Shown: one piece after another, positions 55,138 to 64,000 of the stretch
Layout: every line of letters starts with the position of its first letter
Position numbering within the stretch: the stretch's first letter is position 1
NCBI GenBank assembly: GCA_050298595.1
Contig: JBNKUM010000076.1
Location: 1 to 64,000 of the forward strand
Direction of reading: 5' to 3'
Length of the DNA stretch: 64,000 nucleotides
Source of the DNA: Gammaproteobacteria bacterium
GTDB lineage: Bacteria > Pseudomonadota > Gammaproteobacteria > GCA-001735895
Notes under the pieces: model-generated
The model's input: the letters and a program-made list of their open reading frames with translations, nothing else
What the model was told of the DNA's origin: nothing
Database searches by the model: none
Made by a program: the position numbers and the translations under genes

Positions 55138-56999
55138 TGCTCCTGTTCTACATTTTGTTGGCGCTGACGCCCATACTGATATTTAAACTTGTTGCGTAAC
55201 AGACCACCTGGATCATCGGGTATACGCCTTAGCCATTGCGCCTCTGCCTGCTCTGTGAGACTCTGTTGCTGCTCTGCGTCAGTTAAGGGCCGGGTTGATT
55301 TAGCTTCCGGATTCTCTTTATTTTTCTGCTGATCAGTTTCAGCCTGTTTTTGCGCTTCTGCTTCCGCCTGCTTCTGTTGTTCAGTTTTGTCTACCTGAGA
55401 CTGGTCCTGCTGCTCACTCTGTTGATCTTGTTTCTGATCTTCACTGCTCTGCCCCTTTTGTTCAGAATTCTGTTGATCATTCTGTTCTGAGCCCTGTTCT
55501 GACTGCTGGTTCTGCTGGTTCTGGCTCTGCTGATCATTGCTCTGCTGCTCAGACGATTTATCAGACTGTTGCTGCTTATCTTCCTTTTCACCATCCCCCT
55601 GTTGCGACTGATCCTGCTGCTGTTGCTGTTGTTGTTTTAAAGCATCCTCAACCAGCTTACGGTTATAGCTGGCGTCTTCATTATTCGGATCCTTATTAAG
55701 TGCCTCATCGTATGCATCCAGAGACTCCTGAAGCTTTCCCAGTTTGGCCAGTGTGTTAGCACGATTGTAAATAGCATCCGACGATTGTTGTGTTTGCAGT
55801 TGTTGCAGCGCCTTATCGTATTCACCAGCTTTATAATGTGCGGCTGCTTTCCAGTCCTGATCTTTAAACAATTCTGCTGCCTGTTTACTATCCCCCTGTT
55901 GCAGGATTTCTGCAGCACGTTGGTCCTGATTTTTCCAAAGACTTTGCCAGCTCCAGCCATCATCCGCATGCAATGGTTGTAATGCAGGTAATACAAAAGC
56001 CACCAGGAAAACTGAAAGGAATAAACCCCGCCTAAAGGCTAATGCGGCAAGAGGCAACGCTAACAATAGTAACCAGGGCCCTTCTTCCTGCCAACGATCA
56101 GATTTAAAATCGGTTTTCTGGTTTTCAGCGTTGAACGCATTATCATTCAGCAAAGATTGCAATCTGGAGATATCGCCATCATCCAGCTTCATCTTCATAT
56201 ACAGACCACCTAACTCGGAGGCAAGTTGACGCAACTGATTTGTTTCGGTTTTTGCGATAACGATTGAGCCATCTGCATCCTTTACAAAACCGCCATCCGC
56301 TTTAGGGATTGGAGCGCCCTGCTCGGTTCCCACCGCCAGGATAGAAACGCGAATATTTTTTAAATCTATCTGATGTATCGCGCTTGCACTTTTGTCGTTG
56401 ATACCATCTGTAATCAATACAATATCACCACGCTTCACACCCGCATTTTCCAATAACTGTTTTGCATGCTGTATAGCCAGATCACTACGACTGCCCTGTG
56501 CAGGCATTATTTCGGTGGATAAACTGGACACCAGTGACTGGATGGTATCGCTATCGTCGGTCAGCGGACTAACCGTGTAAGGTGTACCGGCATAAGCAAT
56601 TAACGCAGTTTGCCCCTCTGCGCGCATCTTCAGGATATCGATCAACTTCAACTTAGCTCGGGCCAGTCGACCTGGTTTGATATCCTGCGCATTCATCGAT
56701 TGCGACAGGTCCAGCGCAATCACTAATGCAGACTGCTGTTTAAATACGGGTTGTTCTAACTTGTTCCACACCGGACCAGCTAGCGCAATAACCACTAGCA
56801 CGCTCAACAACAAAGCCACCCAGAACCACCAACGATTGCTGGTCTGTGTTTGATCACTGAGCAAATGTGGCAATAAAGGTGCATCGATAACTGCTGCCCA
56901 GTCGCGGCTAACTAATCTGCGTTTGTAGATAAAGAATGCTAGCACTGCAATCACTATCAACGCTAAAAACCACTCGGGTCGTAAAAACTGTATATTCAT
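55131..56999 (-). CDS. VWA plus TPR protein (BatB/BatC-like) with Gln-rich linker
   Basis: DLSQSM MIDAS, ITDG, TPR YNRANTLA, WLRRIPDDPGGLL. Confidence 0.9.
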   Translation of the reverse strand: MNIQFLRPEWFLALIVIAVLAFFIYKRRLVSRDWAAVIDAPLLPHLLSDQTQTSNRWWFWVALLLSVLVVIALAGPVWNKLEQPVFKQQSALVIALDLSQSMNAQDIKPGRLARAKLKLIDILKMRAEGQTALIAYAGTPYTVSPLTDDSDTIQSLVSSLSTEIMPAQGSRSDLAIQHAKQLLENAGVKRGDIVLITDGINDKSASAIHQIDLKNIRVSILAVGTEQGAPIPKADGGFVKDADGSIVIAKTETNQLRQLASELGGLYMKMKLDDGDISRLQSLLNDNAFNAENQKTDFKSDRWQEEGPWLLLLALPLAALAFRRGLFLSVFLVAFVLPALQPLHADDGWSWQSLWKNQDQRAAEILQQGDSKQAAELFKDQDWKAAAHYKAGEYDKALQQLQTQQSSDAIYNRANTLAKLGKLQESLDAYDEALNKDPNNEDASYNRKLVEDALKQQQQQQQDQSQQGDGEKEDKQQQSDKSSEQQSNDQQSQNQQNQQSEQGSEQNDQQNSEQKGQSSEDQKQDQQSEQQDQSQVDKTEQQKQAEAEAQKQAETDQQKNKENPEAKSTRPLTDAEQQQSLTEQAEAQWLRRIPDDPGGLLRNKFKYQYGRQRQQNVEQEQW

Positions 57000-57982
57000 T
57001 GTTTCACCCCCCGGTATAAAACCAGCCCACCAGCAATTAACAGTGCCACAGCCAGAGGCCACATAAATAATGCCTTAATCGGCCGAAAGGTTTGACTCTC
57101 TACCTCCACTGGTTCTAGTTCATCCAGTTTTTTATAGATTTCACTGAGTGCTTCGGTATCGCGCGCGCGGAAATACTGACCACCAGTTTGCTGAGCTATA
57201 GCGGTGAGCGTTTTTTCATCCAGATCCTGTGATGGATTAACGCGCTGTCGACCAAAGAATGATTCGCGAATCATTTCATCTGCACCTATGCCAATGGTAT
57301 AAATCTTTAAACCATAATTAGCTGCTAATTCGGCAGCCTTCAAAGGAGCCACTTCACCTGCTGTATTCGCGCCATCGGTAAGCAGGATCAAGACCTTGCT
57401 ACTCTGTTCATTATCCTTTAATCGTTTGATCGCCAGACCAATAGCATCGCCGATTGCGGTTTCCTTACCCGCAAGGCCAATCGCGGATTCCATCAACAAT
57501 GTTTTAACGGTTTTTAAATCAAAGGTTAGCGGTGTTTGCAAATAGGCATTACGTCCAAATAAAACCAGTCCCATACGATCACCCTGACGCTTTTCGATAA
57601 AATCACCAGCCACGTATTTCGTCGCTGTTAATCGATCAACTGTTTTGCCCTGAATGCGAAAATCTTCTACCTGCATAGAGCCGGATAAATCCACTGCCAT
57701 CATCAGGTCACGACCACTGACCGGTAATTCAACGGGATCTCCAACCCACTGAGGGCGCGCTGTTGCTGTTACCAATAAAAGCCAGCAAACAACCAGCAGG
57801 ATGACACTGAAGATATGTTTACTGTGAGCCCCACTGGAAACATTTGACAGTGTTGAGAAATCCTCGATAAAGGGCACATTCAATGCTGCCTGCCTGTTTT
57901 CACTGGCAGCTGGAAAGCGATACCAGACTAATGCAGGTAAAGGTAGTAGTAGAAAAACCCAGGGCCAGCTGAACTCAAACAT
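56996..57982 (-). CDS. batA: VWA-domain protein (BatA-like)
   Basis: DLSGSM, TAIGDAIG, LLTDG, TGGQYFRA. Confidence 0.88.
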   Translation of the reverse strand: MFEFSWPWVFLLLPLPALVWYRFPAASENRQAALNVPFIEDFSTLSNVSSGAHSKHIFSVILLVVCWLLLVTATARPQWVGDPVELPVSGRDLMMAVDLSGSMQVEDFRIQGKTVDRLTATKYVAGDFIEKRQGDRMGLVLFGRNAYLQTPLTFDLKTVKTLLMESAIGLAGKETAIGDAIGLAIKRLKDNEQSSKVLILLTDGANTAGEVAPLKAAELAANYGLKIYTIGIGADEMIRESFFGRQRVNPSQDLDEKTLTAIAQQTGGQYFRARDTEALSEIYKKLDELEPVEVESQTFRPIKALFMWPLAVALLIAGGLVLYRGVKQ

Positions 57983-58493
57983 GCTGCACCTTAAGATTTG
58001 TTTTGTCTGACGGATTAGCGGGTAAGGCCTGTACCCAACTCCGAACTTGAGCGATTAATTGCTGTAGCAGATCTGCATCAATCTGTGGCTGTTTCTGGTA
58101 AGGCGCATTGATGAGAAGCTCAATCACGGACTCAGAGAAAGGATGCTTAGGCGTTAGTTGATTGATGTGCTGATACCATGCCTTACCGAGCAAACCCGCA
58201 TATTCTTCACGCGTCAGATAACTGATACCGATGCGGCGTATAGCCGCTGATAATTGCTGTAGCAGTAGAAGATCATTCTGCTGCTCAATATATGCATGCA
58301 GAACATGCTCAATCTCAGCTTTGGCACTTTTATTTAATTTAGGTTGCAGTAGCTTTCTAATCCCTATCACCAGAGCGGTAATAAGCAACAGACCAAGGAT
58401 TAATAATATCCACCAGCCAATAGCAGGAGGCCACCAGGATACGGCATCGGGTAAATGAATATCGCGTAGCGGCAGGCTATCCGTAGGATTCAC
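57975..58493 (-). CDS. DUF4381-family protein
   Basis: LRDIHLP..SWWPPAIGWW; GTG start overlaps the DUF58 stop. Confidence 0.88.
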   Translation of the reverse strand: MNPTDSLPLRDIHLPDAVSWWPPAIGWWILLILGLLLITALVIGIRKLLQPKLNKSAKAEIEHVLHAYIEQQNDLLLLQQLSAAIRRIGISYLTREEYAGLLGKAWYQHINQLTPKHPFSESVIELLINAPYQKQPQIDADLLQQLIAQVRSWVQALPANPSDKTNLKVQHV

Positions 58494-59434
58494 GCAGCAC
58501 CTCGACCGAGCTTGCTCGCCTGGCGTAAAATCTCTAGCGGCGTTTGCTGAGTTGAAGCGGGGCGATAGGTTGCTCGATACTTCTGGCACAACTTCATCAG
58601 AAATTGTTGCTGCTCATCAAAACGCTGGTGATAGACCTTTTTCACCTGACTATCCGAGGCATTGACCTCTGCTTCTATGTGACCATCGGTTACCCGGTAA
58701 TTCCCCCGCTTAGGTAGCGTGCTTTCTAGCGGATCATAAACGTGTAGTAGCACAACTTCATTGTGTGCAGATAAATGCGACAGGGTAGATTCCAACTGCT
58801 CAGTCATATTACGGAAATCGCTGATCAGATAAATCAGACTGCCCGGACGGGTAACCTGTACCAGACGGTTTAGCGCATGCCGATCATCCTGTTTGGTATC
58901 GCCAGCATTACCCTTCACTGCGTGACTGAATTCTGACAGCTGTTTGATCAATCTGAGCACAGCTTTATTTCCTCGCCCAGGACGCAACTCCAGATGTCTG
59001 GAGTCGCTAAATAATAGCGCACCCAGACGATCTCCCTGCTGCATGGCTTTCCAGGAGAGTAACGCAGCCAGTTTGGCGGCTAGCACCGACTTAAAACAGA
59101 CACGTGTAGCAAAAAACATGGAGGCCCGAAAATCCACCCATAGCAATACCGGGCGTTCGCGCTCTTCTCTAAACACCTTGGAATGCGCCTTATTGGTACG
59201 TGCAGTTACACGCCAGTCCATATTGCGGATATCATCACCCGGCTGGTAAGGTCGAGATTCATCAAACTCCATGCCCCTGCCCTTAAAACGCGACAGGTAT
59301 TGTCCGCTCATGCTGGAGCGGATCTGGGCAGGTTTAAGTTTTAATACTGCCGCATCCGACTGTAAACCAATCAACGCTGACTGGCCGATATAAATCACAC
59401 CCTCATTGTTATCCATTACTGCGTCGTTTTTCAT
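58490..59434 (-). CDS. DUF58-family protein
   Basis: GRGMEFDESRPYQPGDDIRNMDWRVTAR, ISDF. Confidence 0.93.
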   Translation of the reverse strand: MKNDAVMDNNEGVIYIGQSALIGLQSDAAVLKLKPAQIRSSMSGQYLSRFKGRGMEFDESRPYQPGDDIRNMDWRVTARTNKAHSKVFREERERPVLLWVDFRASMFFATRVCFKSVLAAKLAALLSWKAMQQGDRLGALLFSDSRHLELRPGRGNKAVLRLIKQLSEFSHAVKGNAGDTKQDDRHALNRLVQVTRPGSLIYLISDFRNMTEQLESTLSHLSAHNEVVLLHVYDPLESTLPKRGNYRVTDGHIEAEVNASDSQVKKVYHQRFDEQQQFLMKLCQKYRATYRPASTQQTPLEILRQASKLGRGAA

Positions 59435-59440
59435 GTGACT

Positions 59441-60409
59441 TTAGGGAACAGCAACCCGATTGATCAATTCATTAATATAGCGATCACTACTGATGCCCTC
59501 GGCTTCTGCCTCGAAACTGAGAATAATGCGATGTCGCATCACATCAAAAGCCATCAACTGGATATCGTCAGGTGTTACATAATCACGACCATCCAGCCAG
59601 GCATGCGCACGTGCACAACGATCCAGCGCAATACTGGCACGAGGGCTTGCACCATACTCCAGCCAGTGTTGAATATCCTGACCATAGGCTCCGGGGTTAC
59701 GGCTTGCCAGCACCAGCTGTAACAGGTATTGCTCCAGCGCTTCAGCCAGATGCACATCCAGCACTTCGTTACGCGCTGCGAATAAATCCGCCTGAGCAAT
59801 CTGCGGAGCATCGCCCGTTACAGGCTTTCCTTCATTACGCGCTTCACGACGGTTCAGCTCCAGGATTTTCTGCTCAGACGCCTCATCGGGATAATCGATA
59901 GTCACATGCATCAGAAAACGATCCAACTGAGCTTCGGGTAGTGGGTAAGTGCCTTCCTGCTCTAATGGATTTTGAGTTGCCATCACCAGAAACAGTTTTG
60001 GCAATTCATAGGTCCTGGTGCCGACGGTGATTTGCCGTTCGGCCATAGCCTCAAGCAATGCGGACTGCACCTTGGCAGGTGCACGATTGATTTCATCGGC
60101 CAGAATCAAATTATGGAATAAAGGCCCAGGCTGGAATTTGAAGGAACCATCCTGCGGTCGATAGATATCGGTTCCGGTCAGATCGGCGGGTAATAGATCA
60201 GGGGTGAACTGAACTCGGTGAAAATCACCCTCGATACAGTCACCTAAAATTTTGATTGCACGGGTTTTTGCTAACCCCGGCGCGCCTTCCACTAGCAAAT
60301 GACCATCTGCCAGTAAAGCAATCATCAGGCGGTTTACCAGTTTTTGCTGACCAATAATCTGGCTTTCAGCATACTGTTTTAACTGTTGAAATTTATTTTG
60401 TAACGACAA
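59441..60409 (-). CDS. moxR: MoxR-family AAA+ ATPase
   Basis: GAPGLAKT, DEINRA, TQNP, PEAQLDRF, SPRA. Confidence 0.95.
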   Translation of the reverse strand: MSLQNKFQQLKQYAESQIIGQQKLVNRLMIALLADGHLLVEGAPGLAKTRAIKILGDCIEGDFHRVQFTPDLLPADLTGTDIYRPQDGSFKFQPGPLFHNLILADEINRAPAKVQSALLEAMAERQITVGTRTYELPKLFLVMATQNPLEQEGTYPLPEAQLDRFLMHVTIDYPDEASEQKILELNRREARNEGKPVTGDAPQIAQADLFAARNEVLDVHLAEALEQYLLQLVLASRNPGAYGQDIQHWLEYGASPRASIALDRCARAHAWLDGRDYVTPDDIQLMAFDVMRHRIILSFEAEAEGISSDRYINELINRVAVP

Positions 60410-60745
60410 CCGTATTTCCTCGTACAGTTTTTAGACGACAGGTTTGATAGTGACTCGATAAGATAGTTCCGGAAATTTTTTACTCAGCGAATTCCGCGCG
60501 CAAGGATAACAGGTCTGGGAAATTTTTTACCCACCTTAAATACCTTTTTCAAATTTACATGCGGCGAGTTTTTACCCATTTAAATTGCTGCGATAAGACT
60601 TTAATCAATGATCTTTGCAATTTATCTCTCCTGTAAGGCTCTCTGACTTGATAACAATATCATTTATGATAGTTTTGCCAACCACTGCGACAAGGACCCC
60701 TTTAAGGTGATACCCATCACCGAATTTGGCTGAGCACAGGGAGGA

Positions 60746-61636
60746 TTGAAGTATATTGAAAAGTCCTCGGAGGGTCTTTTGAGACGTAGTCACCCGCATG
60801 GCTTTAGAGTCATTATTAATGAGCGATACAACAGCTGCCTGATACCTGGGAAGCTTTTTTTATCACTACTGGCAGTTTGCACTTTGTTCTGGGAGGGGGC
60901 CGTATGGGCCCAACAGCCCTCTCTAGCAACACTACTACAGAGTAGCTACCTCGACGACTACTATAGCAATGTCGTGTTCGGTTACCGTATCGTCTCCGAG
61001 ACAGACATATACGGTGCCCGCTATAGCGGCAACCAGCTTAGATGTACCAACTGCCACCTCGATGCTGGCCGGAAAGCCGATGCTATCCCGCTCAATGTTG
61101 CCGGAATATATCCCAAATGGCGCAGTAAGAATGGCCAGCGCAATGGCATAGGCCTGCGTATACGAGAATGTTTTGTCTACAGCCTCAATGGCATCATGCC
61201 CCCAGAGGATTCACCGGAAGTACTGGCTGTCGCAGCCTACATCAGCTATCTATCCTATGGTCAGGTAATCGGTCAGGCGCCAGATGGACGCGGTGTACCC
61301 ACGCTGCCGGATACAGGCTTTGACCCAAACCCCACTAACGGCAAGACTGTTTATCTCGACCATTGCGCCAGTTGCCACGGAAACAATGGAGAAGGTGTTT
61401 CAACCATACCGCCACTATGGGGCATGCAGTCTTATAACCATGGCGCAGGTATGACAGATGTGGAAAAAGCAGCCGGTTTTATCTGGGCCAACATGCCGCT
61501 CGGTAAGGAGCGCTCACTATCCCATCAACAGGCCAGGGATGTAGCCGCCTATATCAATATGCAAATCCGTCCCGGTGATCCGCGCAACAGTAAGCTAATC
61601 AAGCTGTTAGAGCAGATTTCAGGTTTGTTTCAATGA
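60746..61636 (+). CDS. tsdA: TsdA-like diheme cytochrome c (thiosulfate dehydrogenase/tetrathionate reductase family); start uncertain
   Basis: CTNCH and CASCH; RIRECFVYSLNG (heme-1 Cys ligand segment); PPLWG..SYNHGAGM; NMP. Confidence 0.75.
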   Translation: MKYIEKSSEGLLRRSHPHGFRVIINERYNSCLIPGKLFLSLLAVCTLFWEGAVWAQQPSLATLLQSSYLDDYYSNVVFGYRIVSETDIYGARYSGNQLRCTNCHLDAGRKADAIPLNVAGIYPKWRSKNGQRNGIGLRIRECFVYSLNGIMPPEDSPEVLAVAAYISYLSYGQVIGQAPDGRGVPTLPDTGFDPNPTNGKTVYLDHCASCHGNNGEGVSTIPPLWGMQSYNHGAGMTDVEKAAGFIWANMPLGKERSLSHQQARDVAAYINMQIRPGDPRNSKLIKLLEQISGLFQ

Positions 61637-63255
61637 AGATTTCAGGCATAGCCAAATTCGGCATACTGGATGAGATATGGCCCTGGAAGCCATCCCCCCT
61701 TGATCGAAACACTATCAGTGTAGAGGTTTTCGGCGCCCTCACCGGAGCACTACTGGTGATCCCTCAGGGCATAACCTTTGCCTACCTGGCAGGCCTGCCA
61801 CCAGAATACGGCATCTATACCGCGGTTTTTGTTACACTTTTTGCCAGCCTGTTCGGCTCAAGCTCTATGCTGGGCGGCCCAAACACTGCGGTAGCCATCC
61901 TTATCGGAATAACCGTAACACCTTTTGCGGGCAGCGGGAGTCCGCTTTATATCGATCTGGTATTGCTATTAAGCCTTATGGTAGGTCTCATTCAATTACT
62001 GATCTGGCTGGTCAGAGGAGGCAAATACTTTCAGTACCTGAGCCCTGCCGCAGTAACCGGAATCACAGTCGGAGTTGGAGTGATTCTGATCTTTTCATCG
62101 CTGGATGGCATGCTGGGTCTTTCGCGTTTTAGCACTACGTTCTTCTTTCAAAAACTTTACCTGCTCGTCTCTGACAGCGAAAACCTGATCAATCCATACA
62201 GCTTTAGCATCGCTCTCATCACCGTCATCAGTGGCCTGCTAGCCCGGCGTTATACTACCAGATACTCGATTCTGATCGCCATAGGTAGCGGTTACCTGAG
62301 TGGACTGTTAATCATGGGGAGTTTTACCCAGGTAGCATCCGAGATAGAACTGCTCGGTCAGATTTCAGTACAACTACTTCCACTATCTCATCCTAAACTG
62401 GACCTGGAATATCTGCTGCTTGCAGTCGCCATGCTACCCAATGCACTCGCCATTGCCCTGATTGGCATGGCCCAGTCGATGGTCATTGTCAAACACCTGC
62501 GCACAACTACCGATCAGGAGATTAACATCAACAAAGAGGTTTTTGCGCAGGGAATATCCAATCTTCTGGCTCCATTTTTTTCCAGCTTTGCCGGTTCAGG
62601 CAGTTTCAACCGAACCGCAATAAACCAGGCCATGGGGGTGAAGACCCCGTTGGCCGGCATCCTTTCTGGATTTATTGCCATGGCTTTGATGATCAGTCTG
62701 GGGGCACTATTGAGTCATCTACCGATGGCGGTTATTTCGGGCACCCTGATGCTGGTAGGCATAGGGATGATAAAAATCCGGGAAATAATGCGCCTGATCC
62801 CATGGAAAGGAGAGCTTGCAGTATTTGCTCTGACACTGTTCAGTATTGTTTTTCTGGGTTTACAGGCCGGACTGATGGTTGCACTACTGCTCTCTATCTT
62901 GATGTTCCTACTAGCAGCCTCCAGATTGAAGATAGAACTTTCACAATTGCCGAATGCTTTCCGAATACAGGTTGAAGGCCATCTATTTTATGCCTCTATC
63001 GATCAACTCAGCACCCCTTTTAAGCAGCATCGTGAGGAAGATGTGGTACTGGACCTGAGCATGGTGACTTATCTCGACCTTTCAGCTACCGAAGCAATCG
63101 TACGTGAGCTGCATCATCGCGACAGGCATAAAACAACACTGCGCATTATCGTCAAGTCGCAAAAGCTGATGGACCAGCTTGAGCCTGCTCTGCAGGAAAT
63201 GGCGGTGATTTTTATTCAGGATCGGCGAGATATAAAACACGAGCGACGGAATTGA
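61633..63255 (+). CDS. SulP/SLC26 anion transporter with STAS domain
   Basis: IPQGITFAYLAGLPPEYGIYT, GSGSFNRT, C-terminal STAS; ATGA overlap with tsdA. Confidence 0.92.
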   Translation: MKISGIAKFGILDEIWPWKPSPLDRNTISVEVFGALTGALLVIPQGITFAYLAGLPPEYGIYTAVFVTLFASLFGSSSMLGGPNTAVAILIGITVTPFAGSGSPLYIDLVLLLSLMVGLIQLLIWLVRGGKYFQYLSPAAVTGITVGVGVILIFSSLDGMLGLSRFSTTFFFQKLYLLVSDSENLINPYSFSIALITVISGLLARRYTTRYSILIAIGSGYLSGLLIMGSFTQVASEIELLGQISVQLLPLSHPKLDLEYLLLAVAMLPNALAIALIGMAQSMVIVKHLRTTTDQEININKEVFAQGISNLLAPFFSSFAGSGSFNRTAINQAMGVKTPLAGILSGFIAMALMISLGALLSHLPMAVISGTLMLVGIGMIKIREIMRLIPWKGELAVFALTLFSIVFLGLQAGLMVALLLSILMFLLAASRLKIELSQLPNAFRIQVEGHLFYASIDQLSTPFKQHREEDVVLDLSMVTYLDLSATEAIVRELHHRDRHKTTLRIIVKSQKLMDQLEPALQEMAVIFIQDRRDIKHERRN

Positions 63256-63270
63256 TGCAAACTTCACAGC

Positions 63271-63301
63271 AAAAAAAAGCCCCACTAATGCGAGGCTTTT
63301 T
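63271..63301. terminator. Bidirectional terminator between convergent sulP and rpmA
   Basis: A8-GCCCCAC-TAAT-GCGAGGC-T5. Confidence 0.8.
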
Positions 63302-63322
63302 ATTCCTAAACAGTGTTAGCTG

Positions 63323-63580
63323 TTAAGCAGTTACAACATTGACGAAGGTACGATTGTCTTTACCTTTAACTTTGAATTCAACATTGCCGCCAGCTTTAGC
63401 ATACAGAGTATGATCTCTGCCACAGCCAACATTTTCTCCAGGGTGGAATTTAGTACCACGCTGACGAACCAGAATATTTCCAGGAACTACGACTTCACCG
63501 CCGAATTTTTTAACACCCAGGCGTTTTGACTGTGAATCGCGACCGTTGCGGGTAGAGCCCGCCGCTTTCTTATGTGCCAT
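63323..63580 (-). CDS. rpmA: 50S ribosomal protein L27
   Basis: [16 protein letters not shown]. Confidence 0.99.
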   Translation of the reverse strand: MAHKKAAGSTRNGRDSQSKRLGVKKFGGEVVVPGNILVRQRGTKFHPGENVGCGRDHTLYAKAGGNVEFKVKGKDNRTFVNVVTA

Positions 63581-63595
63581 AGTTTAGTACCTTAC

Positions 63596-63907
63596 CTATG
63601 CCTTGATTTTGCTAATTTGGATTTCAGTATAGCTTTGACGGTGACCCATCTGCTTACGATGATGCTTACGGCGACGAAATTTAACAATTTCTACTTTCTT
63701 GCCGCGACCATGAGATACGATTGTTGCAGTGACCAAACCTTTATCTAGTTCAGGAGTGCCGACCTGAATATTCTCGCCATCAGCAATCATTAAGACCTGA
63801 TCCAGTTCAACTTCAGAACCTTCTTCGCCTGCAATTTTCTCTACTTTTAACGTCTCACCTTCGGTGACACGGTACTGTTTTCCGCCAGTAGCGATGACAG
63901 CGTACAT
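63596..63907 (-). CDS. rplU: 50S ribosomal protein L21
   Basis: [19 protein letters not shown]. Confidence 0.99.
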   Translation of the reverse strand: MYAVIATGGKQYRVTEGETLKVEKIAGEEGSEVELDQVLMIADGENIQVGTPELDKGLVTATIVSHGRGKKVEIVKFRRRKHHRKQMGHRQSYTEIQISKIKA

Positions 63908-63946
63908 TCTGATATTACTCCAAACCGATCTTGAAAAAGGGCGCAG

Positions 63947-63975
63947 ATTTTATATGCCAAACCCAGTAAGGTCAA
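63947..63975 (-). promoter_or_regulatory. Sigma70 promoter for rplU-rpmA
   Basis: TTGACC-N17-TAAAAT followed by a GC-rich discriminator. Confidence 0.75.
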
Positions 63976-64000
63976 TGCTTTTAACGCCTAAAATATCGAC

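Noticed and set aside
55262-55640. Tandem DNA repeat or contingency locus
   Set aside because: It is the ordinary Gln/Glu/Ser low-complexity linker of the VWA-TPR protein.
60690-60725. Fluoride riboswitch (GGTGATGGGTATCACC on the minus strand)
   Set aside because: The downstream conserved segment and pseudoknot partner were not found, and no fluoride-related gene follows.

Overview
Chromosomal window of a gammaproteobacterium. The gene content (tsdA-like cytochrome, SulP, MoxR/Bat operon, DUF1538 module) suggests an aquatic, possibly sulfur-cycling lineage, but that is inference. Bases ~1-6400 are an accessory mosaic. It holds a decayed HUH/Y1 (RAYT-type) transposase bounded by 31-bp inverted ends, a second RAYT fragment, an IS4-like remnant, and secreted lipoprotein/hydrolase genes whose junctions carry stuttered GGGG(A/T)C motifs. 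The rest is mostly housekeeping: hrpA; a gcvTHP-gcvR-glyA-sdaA cluster with an XRE-cupin regulator and two palindromic operator candidates; a DUF1538-DUF1538-PII-CBS module; hsp20-cbpA-degQ-moaC; yicC and rph-rdgB-hemW; an isolated DnaA-box trio with an IHF site (DARS-like); rpmE2, malic enzyme, hemB-aroE, bioBF/comF, ubiA, rubredoxin, obgE-proB, moxR-bat, tsdA-sulP and rplU-rpmA. No rRNA, tRNA or CRISPR array was seen. All calls come from reading the sequence by eye; no database searches were run.
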